Positions 25,649 to 34,742 of a DNA stretch of 49,776 nt are shown piece by piece. A program made the position numbers and the translations under genes. Under the pieces are notes generated by a model. That model saw only the letters and a list, made by a program, of their open reading frames with translations. It was not told the DNA's origin and made no database searches. How positions within the stretch are numbered: the stretch's first letter is position 1; every line of letters starts with the position of its first letter. The stretch is from an uncultured Ruminococcus sp. (lineage in GTDB: Bacteria; Bacillota; Clostridia; Oscillospirales; CAG-272): NCBI GenBank assembly GCA_964630635.1, contig CAZVVM010000002.1, positions 1-49,776 on the forward strand, given 5' to 3'.

Positions 25649-26464
25649 ATGAATAATAATATTTACGACGCGCCGTTTATAAACGAAATGAGAAAAACCA
25701 CCGCGAATATGTACCGTCTCGGCTGGGATGAAAGAAACGGCGGAAATATCAGCTGTCTGCTTACCGAGGAGGAGGTTTCGGAATATCTCGACATAAACAA
25801 CGTCATCAGAAATATACCTATCGGATTCAAGGCGGACGAGCTTATCGGCAAATATTTTCTCGTTACGGGAACAGGTAAATATTTCAAAAACGTAATCGAC
25901 GACCCCGAGGCAAATCTCGGCGTTTTCCGTATCGGAAAGGACGGCGAGACCGCCGAGCTTCTTTGGGGCTATTCCGACGGCGGAAGATTTACGAGCGAGC
26001 TGCCTGCGCACCTTATGTCGCATATGGTTCGTCTTAAGGTCGATCCCGAGCACCGCATAGTAATGCACACTCACCCGACGAATACCGTCGCTATGACGCA
26101 TATTCACTCCCTTGACGACAAGGCGTTCACCCGTACTATCTGGGGAACCTGCACCGAGTGTATCGTCGTGTTTCCCGAGGGAATCGGAGTTCTCCCGTGG
26201 ATGGTATGCGGAAATAACGAGATCGGTTATGCGACTGCCGAAAAGATGCGCGATTACCGCATCGTAATATGGGCGCAGCACGGTATCTACGGTGCGGGCA
26301 AGACCTACGACGAGACCTTCGGACTTATCGAAACGGTGGAAAAGGGCGCGGAGCTGTATCTTAAATATTCCCCTCTCCCCGTCATCAACCGCATTTCAGA
26401 CGAGCAGCTCAAGGCACTCGCGGAGCAGTTCGGAATTACATACCGTACCGATTTTCTTGAATAA
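25649..26464 (+). CDS. rhaD: rhamnulose-1-phosphate aldolase
   Basis: GWDERNGGNIS, HTHPTN and WAQHGI motifs of class II RhaD aldolase. Confidence 0.9.
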   Translation: MNNNIYDAPFINEMRKTTANMYRLGWDERNGGNISCLLTEEEVSEYLDINNVIRNIPIGFKADELIGKYFLVTGTGKYFKNVIDDPEANLGVFRIGKDGETAELLWGYSDGGRFTSELPAHLMSHMVRLKVDPEHRIVMHTHPTNTVAMTHIHSLDDKAFTRTIWGTCTECIVVFPEGIGVLPWMVCGNNEIGYATAEKMRDYRIVIWAQHGIYGAGKTYDETFGLIETVEKGAELYLKYSPLPVINRISDEQLKALAEQFGITYRTDFLE

Positions 26465-26467
26465 TTA

Positions 26468-26499
26468 AAAAAGCCATTCGCTACTGCGAATGGCTTTTT
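26468..26499. terminator. bidirectional terminator hairpin
   Basis: Stem aaaagccattcgc / gcgaatggctttt with a tact loop. It overlaps the last codons of the convergent minus-strand ORF. Confidence 0.6.
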
Positions 26500-26789
26500 C
26501 GTTTGTAATTCCTGATCCCGTATTCAATGAGCAGATAGAGCGGACCGAGGGAGAAGATCAGCAAAAACGGGAAAACTATTCTGATAAGATAGGTTCGCTT
26601 CGACAGTATAAAGGTCTTTGCGGGTCTGTTCACCGCGGTGCCGTTTATGCTTTTATCGACGACGTTCTCGTCATCCTCGACCGTCAGCTCGCGGTCGATG
26701 ACTTTGTTTTCGGGCAGATGCATGGCATAAGTCGGTAAGGAAAGGGCGAAAATTAGAATAACGGGCATAATAAGCTTAATTATCTTCAT
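26481..26789 (-). CDS. small protein with signal peptide and C-terminal TM anchor
   Basis: MKIIKLIMPVILIFALSLPTYA signal peptide and a C-terminal hydrophobic helix. The start overlaps the stop of the MFS gene by 14 nt. Confidence 0.5.
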   Translation of the reverse strand: MKIIKLIMPVILIFALSLPTYAMHLPENKVIDRELTVEDDENVVDKSINGTAVNRPAKTFILSKRTYLIRIVFPFLLIFSLGPLYLLIEYGIRNYKRKSHSQ

Positions 26790-27831
26790 TTTTGCTTACC
26801 CCCGTTTCTTCGGAGCTCGGTAAATAAGACGTTTCCGCCGCCACGGTGACCGCTATTATCATAGCGGAGATCAAAAGCATCGAAATGCCGTTTGATCTGA
26901 CGAAATGACGGAGTATCTGACCGAGATATGCCATAGCCGACATAAGTGCAAAGGAAAACGCAGGGTTTTTCGGCAAAAGCCGTGTTACTGCCGTCAAGGT
27001 CGGCGCAAGCGACATTGAGAGAAGGAACAGTCCGAGGAGCGAAAGACGCTTCCCGTCGTCACAGAAGCAGATAAGCGCAGTTCCCGTGCAGGCGGATACG
27101 GCAACGGTGATTATACGGCCGAGACGGTCGCTGACAAATCCGCCGACGGCGCACCCGAGTCCTATCATAAGAAGAAGCTGAAACTGCGTTTTGGGCGATA
27201 CGTTCCACGCGAAGTGAAACGACGAGAATTCGTATGAAAGAAGCAGGTATGACAGGGCAAGAAATACGAGCGGAAGCGGCGAAAACGGCACTTTTTCCAC
27301 TGTTTTTTCTTCCGTTACGTTATCTTTTTGGCACTTATCGGACGGGATAGCAAATATCATAAGGAGCGGTGCGAAAAAATGCCCTGCAAAGCCCGCGAAG
27401 GAGGCGCAGGCAAGTCCGATGCCCGTTCCGCCTATAAGAAGCCCGATTCCGCGGCTTTTGCCGTTTGAACGGGAAAGAATCGAGGACGATGCGAAGGAAT
27501 AGAAAACCGCGCTTCCGAGTCCGAGAAGAACGACCTTCAGATTAATTCCGAATTCGGTCGGAAGAAAATATCCGAGTACCGTGAGGAATACCGACAGACG
27601 CACGCCCGTGTGTTTGCTTTCGACCCTGTCCGCAAAAACCGAGATAAGCCCCATCGCGCCGACCGATATGACGTTAAAAAGTATAACGAGCATCGACGTT
27701 CTGTCGTAGCTGACCGAGCCCGACAGATGGTCGAATATAACCGCGTGGCAGACCGAGGACAGGCACAAGCTCATAAGAGCGTAGCGCACCGAAAGCGACG
27801 TATTTGAAATTTTCGGCTTGTATTCCTTCAT
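26776..27831 (-). CDS. MFS-type transporter
   Basis: About 10-12 TM helices in two halves and the motif-A-like GGFVSDRLGRI. GGAGG RBS. It lies 29 nt downstream of the LuxR-type gene. Confidence 0.65.
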   Translation of the reverse strand: MKEYKPKISNTSLSVRYALMSLCLSSVCHAVIFDHLSGSVSYDRTSMLVILFNVISVGAMGLISVFADRVESKHTGVRLSVFLTVLGYFLPTEFGINLKVVLLGLGSAVFYSFASSSILSRSNGKSRGIGLLIGGTGIGLACASFAGFAGHFFAPLLMIFAIPSDKCQKDNVTEEKTVEKVPFSPLPLVFLALSYLLLSYEFSSFHFAWNVSPKTQFQLLLMIGLGCAVGGFVSDRLGRIITVAVSACTGTALICFCDDGKRLSLLGLFLLSMSLAPTLTAVTRLLPKNPAFSFALMSAMAYLGQILRHFVRSNGISMLLISAMIIAVTVAAETSYLPSSEETGVSKNEDN

Positions 27832-27860
27832 GCTTGCCTCCGTTTGGTATTCTGACTGCG

Positions 27861-28966
27861 TTAAGCTTCGTTTCCGAGATCTGCCTTCAGAGTTTTTATC
27901 TGCTTGTGTATTTCAAGAAGCTCCTTGCGGGAGCTTACGCCCAGCTTGCCGTAAAGATTACGGCTGTGGTATTTCAGAGTGGATTCCTTGATGTTCAGGT
28001 TTTCCATGATCTCCTTCGTCGTGACTCTTGCGACGTAGGCGTCGAATATCGCCTTTTCCGAGGGGGGGTCAGCGTTTTTAGCCCCTTAACGAATATTTCT
28101 ATGCTCTCGGGGGATACCGAGCTGCCGAGAAGGGGCTTTTCGAGCATTGTTTCGGAGGCGGGGCTGTAGCCTGAATATTCCCTTGCGGTCTCAACACGCT
28201 TTACGATCTCGCGCAGGCGCTGATTTTCATTCATTACAAGGTGGACGCCGAGCAGAAACAGCTCACTTATGATGTATGAGATAGAAAGCATCTCGAAATC
28301 CATATCGGATATCTGCTCGATGAACCAAACGCCGATGTTGACGAACACGGCGCATGCGAGAATTACCGAATGTGAAATGCTTTCGACGGTCTTTTTGACC
28401 GATGCGCGAATTATCACCGTTACGGTAGCGATGAAATACGATATGAGATAAACAAGATAAAGCGGATGAAGAACGCCGTATACCTTGACGAGCCGCGACG
28501 CGCCGTCAACGACCTCGAACGAGACTTCCTTATAGTAGACGTTCAGAATACCGGGGCTTGCGGCGATGAGAAAAACGATGACCGAAATAAGAAATAGGAT
28601 CCTCGGAAGAAGCTTTCGGTATTTCGTGTTCGTCACGTCGAGTATCATCATCAGCATCGAAAGCGGCAAAAATACCGATCCGAGATAAGCTACTCGGTTT
28701 GCCCAAAGCGCGGCTTCAAGACAAGACGAAACCGATAGAAACGTGTAGCCGACGTTTACGACGAGCACGGACGAAAAGAGCATTACGATCCAAAACCTTT
28801 TTTTGCGTACCGCAAGGATACATCCGACGAGCAGAAGCAGAGAAAAAAGCGCGCAAGTGCCGTAAATTGCGGAAAAGCCGATGCTTTTGCCGTTGACTGC
28901 GTCACAGCCCGATAAGCTCAACGCAGTAAACGCGATCAGCATAATGCTTGTAAGCAGCTTCTTCAT
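27861..28966 (-). pseudogene. 7TM-sensor / LuxR(GerE)-HTH one-component regulator interrupted by a frameshift in a homopolymer
   Basis: ORF 27995-28966 encodes a lipobox-like leader plus ~7 TM helices and ends ...FVKGLKTLTPP. A different frame (27864-28085) encodes a complete LuxR HTH: PPSEKAIFDAYVARVTTKEIMENLNIKESTLKYHSRNLYGKLGVSSRKELLE. The two frames meet at the G7 run at 28062-28068. One extra base or two fewer would fuse them. Confidence 0.8.
28062..28068. repeat. G7/C7 homopolymer at the frameshift site
   Basis: agggggggtc on the plus strand. This is the exact junction between the 7TM reading frame and the HTH reading frame. Confidence 0.9.
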
Positions 28967-29018
28967 TTTTCCTCCTTTCCGACCTCGGTCAAGCTCAAAA
29001 ATGCAAAAACGTGTTAAT

Positions 29019-29037
29019 CCCATACCTTTGGTATGGG
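29019..29037. promoter_or_regulatory. perfect palindrome in the divergent intergenic region (candidate operator)
   Basis: cccatacc-ttt-ggtatggg has 8-bp arms and no T-run. It lies ~55 nt upstream of the regulator ATG (28966) and ~145 nt upstream of the Cys-rich gene ATG (29181). Confidence 0.35.
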
Positions 29038-29180
29038 GACAATTATGATGCGAGAGCTTATAATTAGAGTGTAAAATAATACGGTATTGAATGATACTTA
29101 CCTTTCACATTATACCATAGGTGTTTATTATTTTCAATAGCGTATCGGTTTTTAAGTATTTTACCGAAAGGAATAAGAAA

Positions 29181-32100
29181 ATGAAAAGCAATTTTACAAA
29201 AAAGCTTATGGGCATCCTTCTCGTTCTTGTAATGATGCTTCAAATAGTCCCCGGCTTTCTTACGGCACACGCCGCTTGGGAGGACGGTATGGAATGCTGG
29301 CATTGCAGTCACTACCATTGGGACGAGTACTGCTGCGGTATTTGCGGTGCCTGCAGCATAGATTGTACGAATGTAACCTGCTTTACCGAAACGCACTGTC
29401 TTGAGTGCGGCAACTGCTACGCATCCTACGAGGAATGTTCGTTTGGGTACGAACACTGCGAGGAATGCTGCATCATTTGTGAGCAGTGCGAGGAGTGTCT
29501 GTATGAGGACGGCATCGAGCTTTGTGACGATTGCGGTCTTTGCGTATTCTGCTGTCGGGATAACGCTAACGCCGAGGGCTGTGAATGCGGCGAATACTGT
29601 ATAGAGAATCCCGAATGGTACGAGCATCTCTGTCCCGATTGCGGAAGCGCATACTGTACTGTCGAGATGTGTGAGCTTTGTGAGCTTTGCCTTGATTGCT
29701 GTGAGGGTAACTCCGAGTGCTCGGATACGCCTCCCCTTTGCGTTGAGGATGGCGACTACGATGCTCATTTCTGCGAGGACTGCGGCGAATGTTTTCACAA
29801 CACCGACGTTTGCAGTGGTTGTGAATCGGAGGGACTTCTCCTTTGTGATAGCTGCTGCGAAGCGCGTCTTGAAGCCGAGGGCTGTGACTGCGACGACAGA
29901 TGTATAAGCGACAGCGACATAGAGGAGCATATTGAAAACGAGCATAGTAATGCAGGACCTCATTCAGCAACTCCCCAAAGCTCCTTTGATATGGACGAAA
30001 CACATCACTGGCGTCCCTGCCGTTTCTGCTCCGAGACAACGCATATTACGAATAAGACCAAGCATACCTTCGACAATTACGGCATCTGCACAGTCTGCGG
30101 CTTCGACTCTCAGCAGGTAATTCTTATCCTGAAGCAGCCGAGCAGTACCGTTGCAAAGGTTTCCGATATTCAGACCGCCGATGAGGACGATCCTTACCAT
30201 CCCTTTAACAACAAGCGCACACTTTCCGTCGCAGCGAAGGGAACGACCGAGCTTAAATATCAGTGGTACGTTACCTACGACGGCGGAGAAAAATGGATCG
30301 AAATTAAGGACGACACTGACGCCGAGTCCTATGCCTACATAGTCGGCGCAAAGACAAATTCGATCACCTTCTCGGTTCCGTCCGACGGTTGTGCTTATCC
30401 TCCTGCCTATAAGTGCGTTATCACCGACGAAAACGGCAACTCGGTCACGACGAACGTCGCGTACGTGAAGGTCGTCCACTTATATTGGGAATACCAAGCC
30501 CATAAGGGCGAGCTTATCGGAATAATCAATCAGCCGAACAATAAGGACAATATCGGAATGTACGGCTCCGACGGTCACTATGTGACCTGCGTGGGCGAGG
30601 AATGCGACGATTATATTCTCGCGCCCCATTCCTTCGGCAAGGATACGAAGCTCATCTTTGACAGTAAGACCGGCATCGGCTGGCACGAGAGAACTTGTAT
30701 TTACTGCGGATTCAAGAACTATCTTGAAAACCATGCCCATTATTTCTACGATCCCGAGACCTATGAGTGCGAGATCGACTTTACCTATAAAAACGAGAAT
30801 CAGCACAAGCTTATCTGCCGCTTTACGGGATGTAAGCAAACGCACCTTGAGTCCCACGATTATCTCGGCTGGCAGAATCACGGTACGCCCTATTCCAATA
30901 CCGACGGGATCGGTATTGCCTATAAGGAATGTCAGATCTGCGGCTACAGCTCGGAAAAGAAGCTTCAGACCTACGACGAGAAGAAGGGCGAAATGGTCGA
31001 TGCTCAGTGGACGAAGAATAACGACCTCGTTTACGTTGAAAACGGCTTTGCAAGCTCTGACGTCGTCGGAAGCGGCACGAAGCTCGTCATCGGCTTTGCT
31101 CCCTCCGAATATGATAGAGAAGAGCATCTCGATATTAAGTATCCGAAGGTTGCAAAATGGGTTGTGACCTATTACTGCGACCGCGGCTCGGAGGGGTCGA
31201 AGATCGAGATGGACGTAACGAAGGACGTTGAATTCGAAAAGGTCGAAAACGAGCTTAAATGGATCGTTACCGTTCCTTCCTTTACGGCACGCGCGGGCGG
31301 CGGAATATTGACCTTCACGCCCGTTCTTGAAGAATGTAAGCACAACGGCAACACGAGAGTAAAGAATGCAGTCGAAGCGATATGCACTCAGGACGGATAT
31401 ACGGGCGATACCGTTTGTGCCGACTGCGACGGCGTTATCTGCTACGGCGAGGTTATTGAGAGCGCAGGAAAGCACGAGGGTAAGCTCACCCTTATCCCCG
31501 GCACCTCAAAACAGGGAAGCTGTGAAGAGAGGGGCTACGAGGGAACCTATCGTTGCGACCATTGTAACAAGACCGTCCGCGGTAAGGTCACGTCAAAGGT
31601 ACATAATGCAAAGACGGTAACCAAAAACGAAGTCAAGCCGACCTGTACCGAGTTCGGTTACAGCGGCGATATCTACTGTGAATGCGGCGTTCTTCTTAAA
31701 GAGGGCAAAACGCTTGCACCGAGACACAGCGACCTCACCTGCGACGATTGCGGCTATTCCTGGGGAAGCGACTCGCCGACGATCAGAGCTTTGGCGTTCA
31801 ATATCGACGTACCCGTTATTGGAAATAAGCCAGATTATACCAAGTTCGACGGCTCCGCATATTACAGCGACGGCACGGGCACTTATGAGAAAAACGGCGT
31901 TCAGTGGTTCGACGTGACGGAAAATAAGCGCTTTGTCCCGGGCGGTGTCGGTCAGGAATTCAAGGAAGGTCACGTTTATAAGGTGACGATCAATTTCCGT
32001 TCCAAGGTCGGCTATGATTTTGCCGAGGAGGGCGTGCTTTCGGGAACTATAAACGGAAAAGAAGCTACCGTTGAATATTCAAGCTATGGCGATGCGGCAG

Positions 32101-32942
32101 GTATTTCCTATACCTTTGCCTCTCTTGAGCACAAGCACGATATGGAGAGAATTGATAAGATCCCCCCGACCTGTACCGAAAACGGAAAGCAGACCTATTA
32201 TCACTGCAAGAGCTGTGACAAATACTACGAGGACGCGGCAGGGGCGAAGGAAATAACCGACCTTGCAAAATGGGGCAACGTCACCGCTCTCGGACACGCT
32301 GAATCCGAACTCAAGAGCAATTCAACGCATCACTTTAAGGTATGCACCCGTTGCTATCGGGAAATTGCGGGAAGCAAGACCGAGCACAGCGGCGGCACCG
32401 CTACCTGTCAGGAAAAGGCGAAATGCGAGACCTGCGGAGCGGCATACGGAAGCTACGCCGAGCATAATCTTGCAACCGAGGTCTGGGGCTTTATCGACCC
32501 GACGGGTCACGCTCATATGTGTCTTACCGAAAACTGCTATCATAGAGGCGAAGTAGAGCAGCACCGTTCAAGCGGCGCGGCTACTGAAGATACCGACGAG
32601 GTCTGCCTTGACTGCGGATACGTTATCACCCTGTCGGAGAATCACAAGCATGCTCCTGCCGACGGAATACAGTTTGACGATAAGTGCCATTGGTACGTCT
32701 GCGGATGCGGCGAGATCATCAATAAATCGGCGCACAAGGACGCTGACGGAAACGGCTTGTGCGATACCTGCGATAGCGAGGTAACGTCCGATAAGGGCGA
32801 TGGCGGAAAGAAGAATGAGAAAAACTGTGACTTCGGGTTCGTTTGGATCATCGTAGCAGCTGTTCTGCTTGTTGCAGGCGCGGTAACGGCATACGTGATC
32901 GTAAAAAAGCACTCGGGAAAAGGCAATAGCGATAATGTATAA
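29181..32942 (+). CDS. giant Cys/His-rich type-I membrane-anchored surface protein
   Basis: Signal peptide MKSNFTKKLMGILLVLVMMLQIVPGFLTAHA. There are 47 Cys in the first ~210 mature residues. Repeated C-x9-11-C-x2-C and H-x-W/F...C-x2-C modules run through the ectodomain. A C-terminal TM helix (FVWIIVAAVLLVAGAVTAYVIV) is followed by a short basic tail. Confidence 0.75.
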   Translation: MKSNFTKKLMGILLVLVMMLQIVPGFLTAHAAWEDGMECWHCSHYHWDEYCCGICGACSIDCTNVTCFTETHCLECGNCYASYEECSFGYEHCEECCIICEQCEECLYEDGIELCDDCGLCVFCCRDNANAEGCECGEYCIENPEWYEHLCPDCGSAYCTVEMCELCELCLDCCEGNSECSDTPPLCVEDGDYDAHFCEDCGECFHNTDVCSGCESEGLLLCDSCCEARLEAEGCDCDDRCISDSDIEEHIENEHSNAGPHSATPQSSFDMDETHHWRPCRFCSETTHITNKTKHTFDNYGICTVCGFDSQQVILILKQPSSTVAKVSDIQTADEDDPYHPFNNKRTLSVAAKGTTELKYQWYVTYDGGEKWIEIKDDTDAESYAYIVGAKTNSITFSVPSDGCAYPPAYKCVITDENGNSVTTNVAYVKVVHLYWEYQAHKGELIGIINQPNNKDNIGMYGSDGHYVTCVGEECDDYILAPHSFGKDTKLIFDSKTGIGWHERTCIYCGFKNYLENHAHYFYDPETYECEIDFTYKNENQHKLICRFTGCKQTHLESHDYLGWQNHGTPYSNTDGIGIAYKECQICGYSSEKKLQTYDEKKGEMVDAQWTKNNDLVYVENGFASSDVVGSGTKLVIGFAPSEYDREEHLDIKYPKVAKWVVTYYCDRGSEGSKIEMDVTKDVEFEKVENELKWIVTVPSFTARAGGGILTFTPVLEECKHNGNTRVKNAVEAICTQDGYTGDTVCADCDGVICYGEVIESAGKHEGKLTLIPGTSKQGSCEERGYEGTYRCDHCNKTVRGKVTSKVHNAKTVTKNEVKPTCTEFGYSGDIYCECGVLLKEGKTLAPRHSDLTCDDCGYSWGSDSPTIRALAFNIDVPVIGNKPDYTKFDGSAYYSDGTGTYEKNGVQWFDVTENKRFVPGGVGQEFKEGHVYKVTINFRSKVGYDFAEEGVLSGTINGKEATVEYSSYGDAAGISYTFASLEHKHDMERIDKIPPTCTENGKQTYYHCKSCDKYYEDAAGAKEITDLAKWGNVTALGHAESELKSNSTHHFKVCTRCYREIAGSKTEHSGGTATCQEKAKCETCGAAYGSYAEHNLATEVWGFIDPTGHAHMCLTENCYHRGEVEQHRSSGAATEDTDEVCLDCGYVITLSENHKHAPADGIQFDDKCHWYVCGCGEIINKSAHKDADGNGLCDTCDSEVTSDKGDGGKKNEKNCDFGFVWIIVAAVLLVAGAVTAYVIVKKHSGKGNSDNV

Positions 32943-32955
32943 CGAATAACAAGTA

Positions 32956-32984
32956 ACGCGCGTCGGATATTTTCCGACGCGCGT
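32956..32984 (+). terminator. Rho-independent terminator
   Basis: 12-bp GC-rich stem acgcgcgtcgga / tccgacgcgcgt. Confidence 0.6.
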
Positions 32985-33037
32985 CTTGCGTTTGTTAATT
33001 TGTTTACAATAAAGTTAATTAAGTTATAACAAAAGTG

Positions 33038-33066
33038 TTGAAAATAGTTTTATGTTGGTGTATAAT
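33038..33066 (+). promoter_or_regulatory. sigma-A-type promoter of upp
   Basis: TTGAAA, a 17-nt spacer, then TATAAT. Confidence 0.55.
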
Positions 33067-33085
33067 TGTAAGAAAGACAAAATAA

Positions 33086-33726
<641 letters not shown>

Positions 33727-33727
<1 letters not shown>

Positions 33728-34212
33728 TGACGGAATATATTCTTTCCGAAAGAGTCGTTTCGGCTCTTCGGGACAAGTCTCTTAAGGTATTTACGGCTGA
33801 ATCCTGCACGGGCGGGCTGGTTGCAAAGCTGCTGACCGACGTGTCGGGCGCGTCGAGCGTTGTCCTCGGCGGTATCGTGTCGTATACGAACGAGATCAAA
33901 AATTCGCTTCTAGGCGTCGATGCCGAGACACTTGATACCTATACTGCGGTATCCGAGCAGTGCTGCTATGAGATGGCAGAGTGCGCGCGTCGGGTATCGG
34001 GCGCTGATATAGGTCTTTCCACTACCGGATATGCGAGTGGCGGAGAGGGAGTACCTTCCGATATGGCGGGCGTTGTCTATATTGGAATTTCCGACGTCTA
34101 CGGTACGACTGTTTTGAGATTACAGCTAAACGGAACGAGAGACGAGGTAAGGAGAGGCGCGGCGTACGAGCTGCTTGAGACGCTCCTTTACCGAATCGAA
34201 GCTTACGAGTGA
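33727..34212 (+). CDS. pncC: CinA C-terminal domain protein / nicotinamide-nucleotide amidohydrolase
   Basis: TAESCTGGLVAKLLTDVSGAS and GGIVSYTNEIK motifs of the CinA/PncC family. 161 aa, stand-alone C-terminal domain. Confidence 0.85.
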
Positions 34213-34214
34213 TT

Positions 34215-34742
34215 TCCACTTTTCTTTGCTCGTGCAAATGAACGAGTAGTTTTGCTTCGCAAATCTACCCAAAAGAAAGCACGCCAAGGGGCAAACCGTT
34301 TGAATTTTGCCTACGCAAAATTCTGCGCACGTTTTCTCTCCCAAAACCCCTTTCGGTCGCCCGCGTCATTCTGAGCGGAACGCCGCCAGACCCATTCGAC
34401 TTCGCTGCGCTTCGCTCAGGGTGACGGCGGCGCGTAGTCGAACCGCGAAGCGGCGATTCGCAGAATCGGAATCTCGGGCGAGCGCCACGTTGTCTTGCCT
34501 TCCCCTGAGGGGGGAATGGTGCAAGAGGCGTTGCCTCGGATGAGGTAGGTTGCGGAGCAATCGTGAGCCAAAGGAAAGTAACATTGTTTTTGTGCGGGGC
34601 GTCGAGGACGTCGCCCCCTACAAAAAACGTGGCAAAACGTTCGATATTTCCTCGTAGGGGCGATTCACGAATCGCCCGCCGTGAGTGGTGCATTTTTGAG
34701 TCCAAACACAAGAAAATATCTTGAAGAATAAAGGAAGAAAAT
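34215..34742. repeat. array of REP-like hairpin modules (largest cluster)
   Basis: A ~530-bp noncoding gap is packed with hairpins. Examples are gaattttgc-ctac-gcaaaattc, an inverted gtcattctgagcg / cgctcagggtgac pair, gaggc-gtt-gcctc, ggggcgtcgaggacgtcgccccCTAC and GTAGgggcgattc-ac-gaatcgccc. The modules are shared with three other loci. Confidence 0.7.

Noticed and set aside
27804-28169. 121-aa plus-strand ORF overlapping the end of the LuxR-type gene.
   Set aside because: The opposite strand encodes a textbook LuxR/GerE HTH in this interval, so the plus-strand ORF is a shadow.
34215-34742. Possible CRISPR array or tRNA/ncRNA cluster in the repeat-dense gaps (also 46275-46480 and 49510-49776).
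   Set aside because: There is no regularly spaced identical direct repeat with unique spacers. The modules are heterogeneous, lie in both orientations and are individually palindromic. I could trace no cloverleaf tRNA structure, and no cas genes are in the window.
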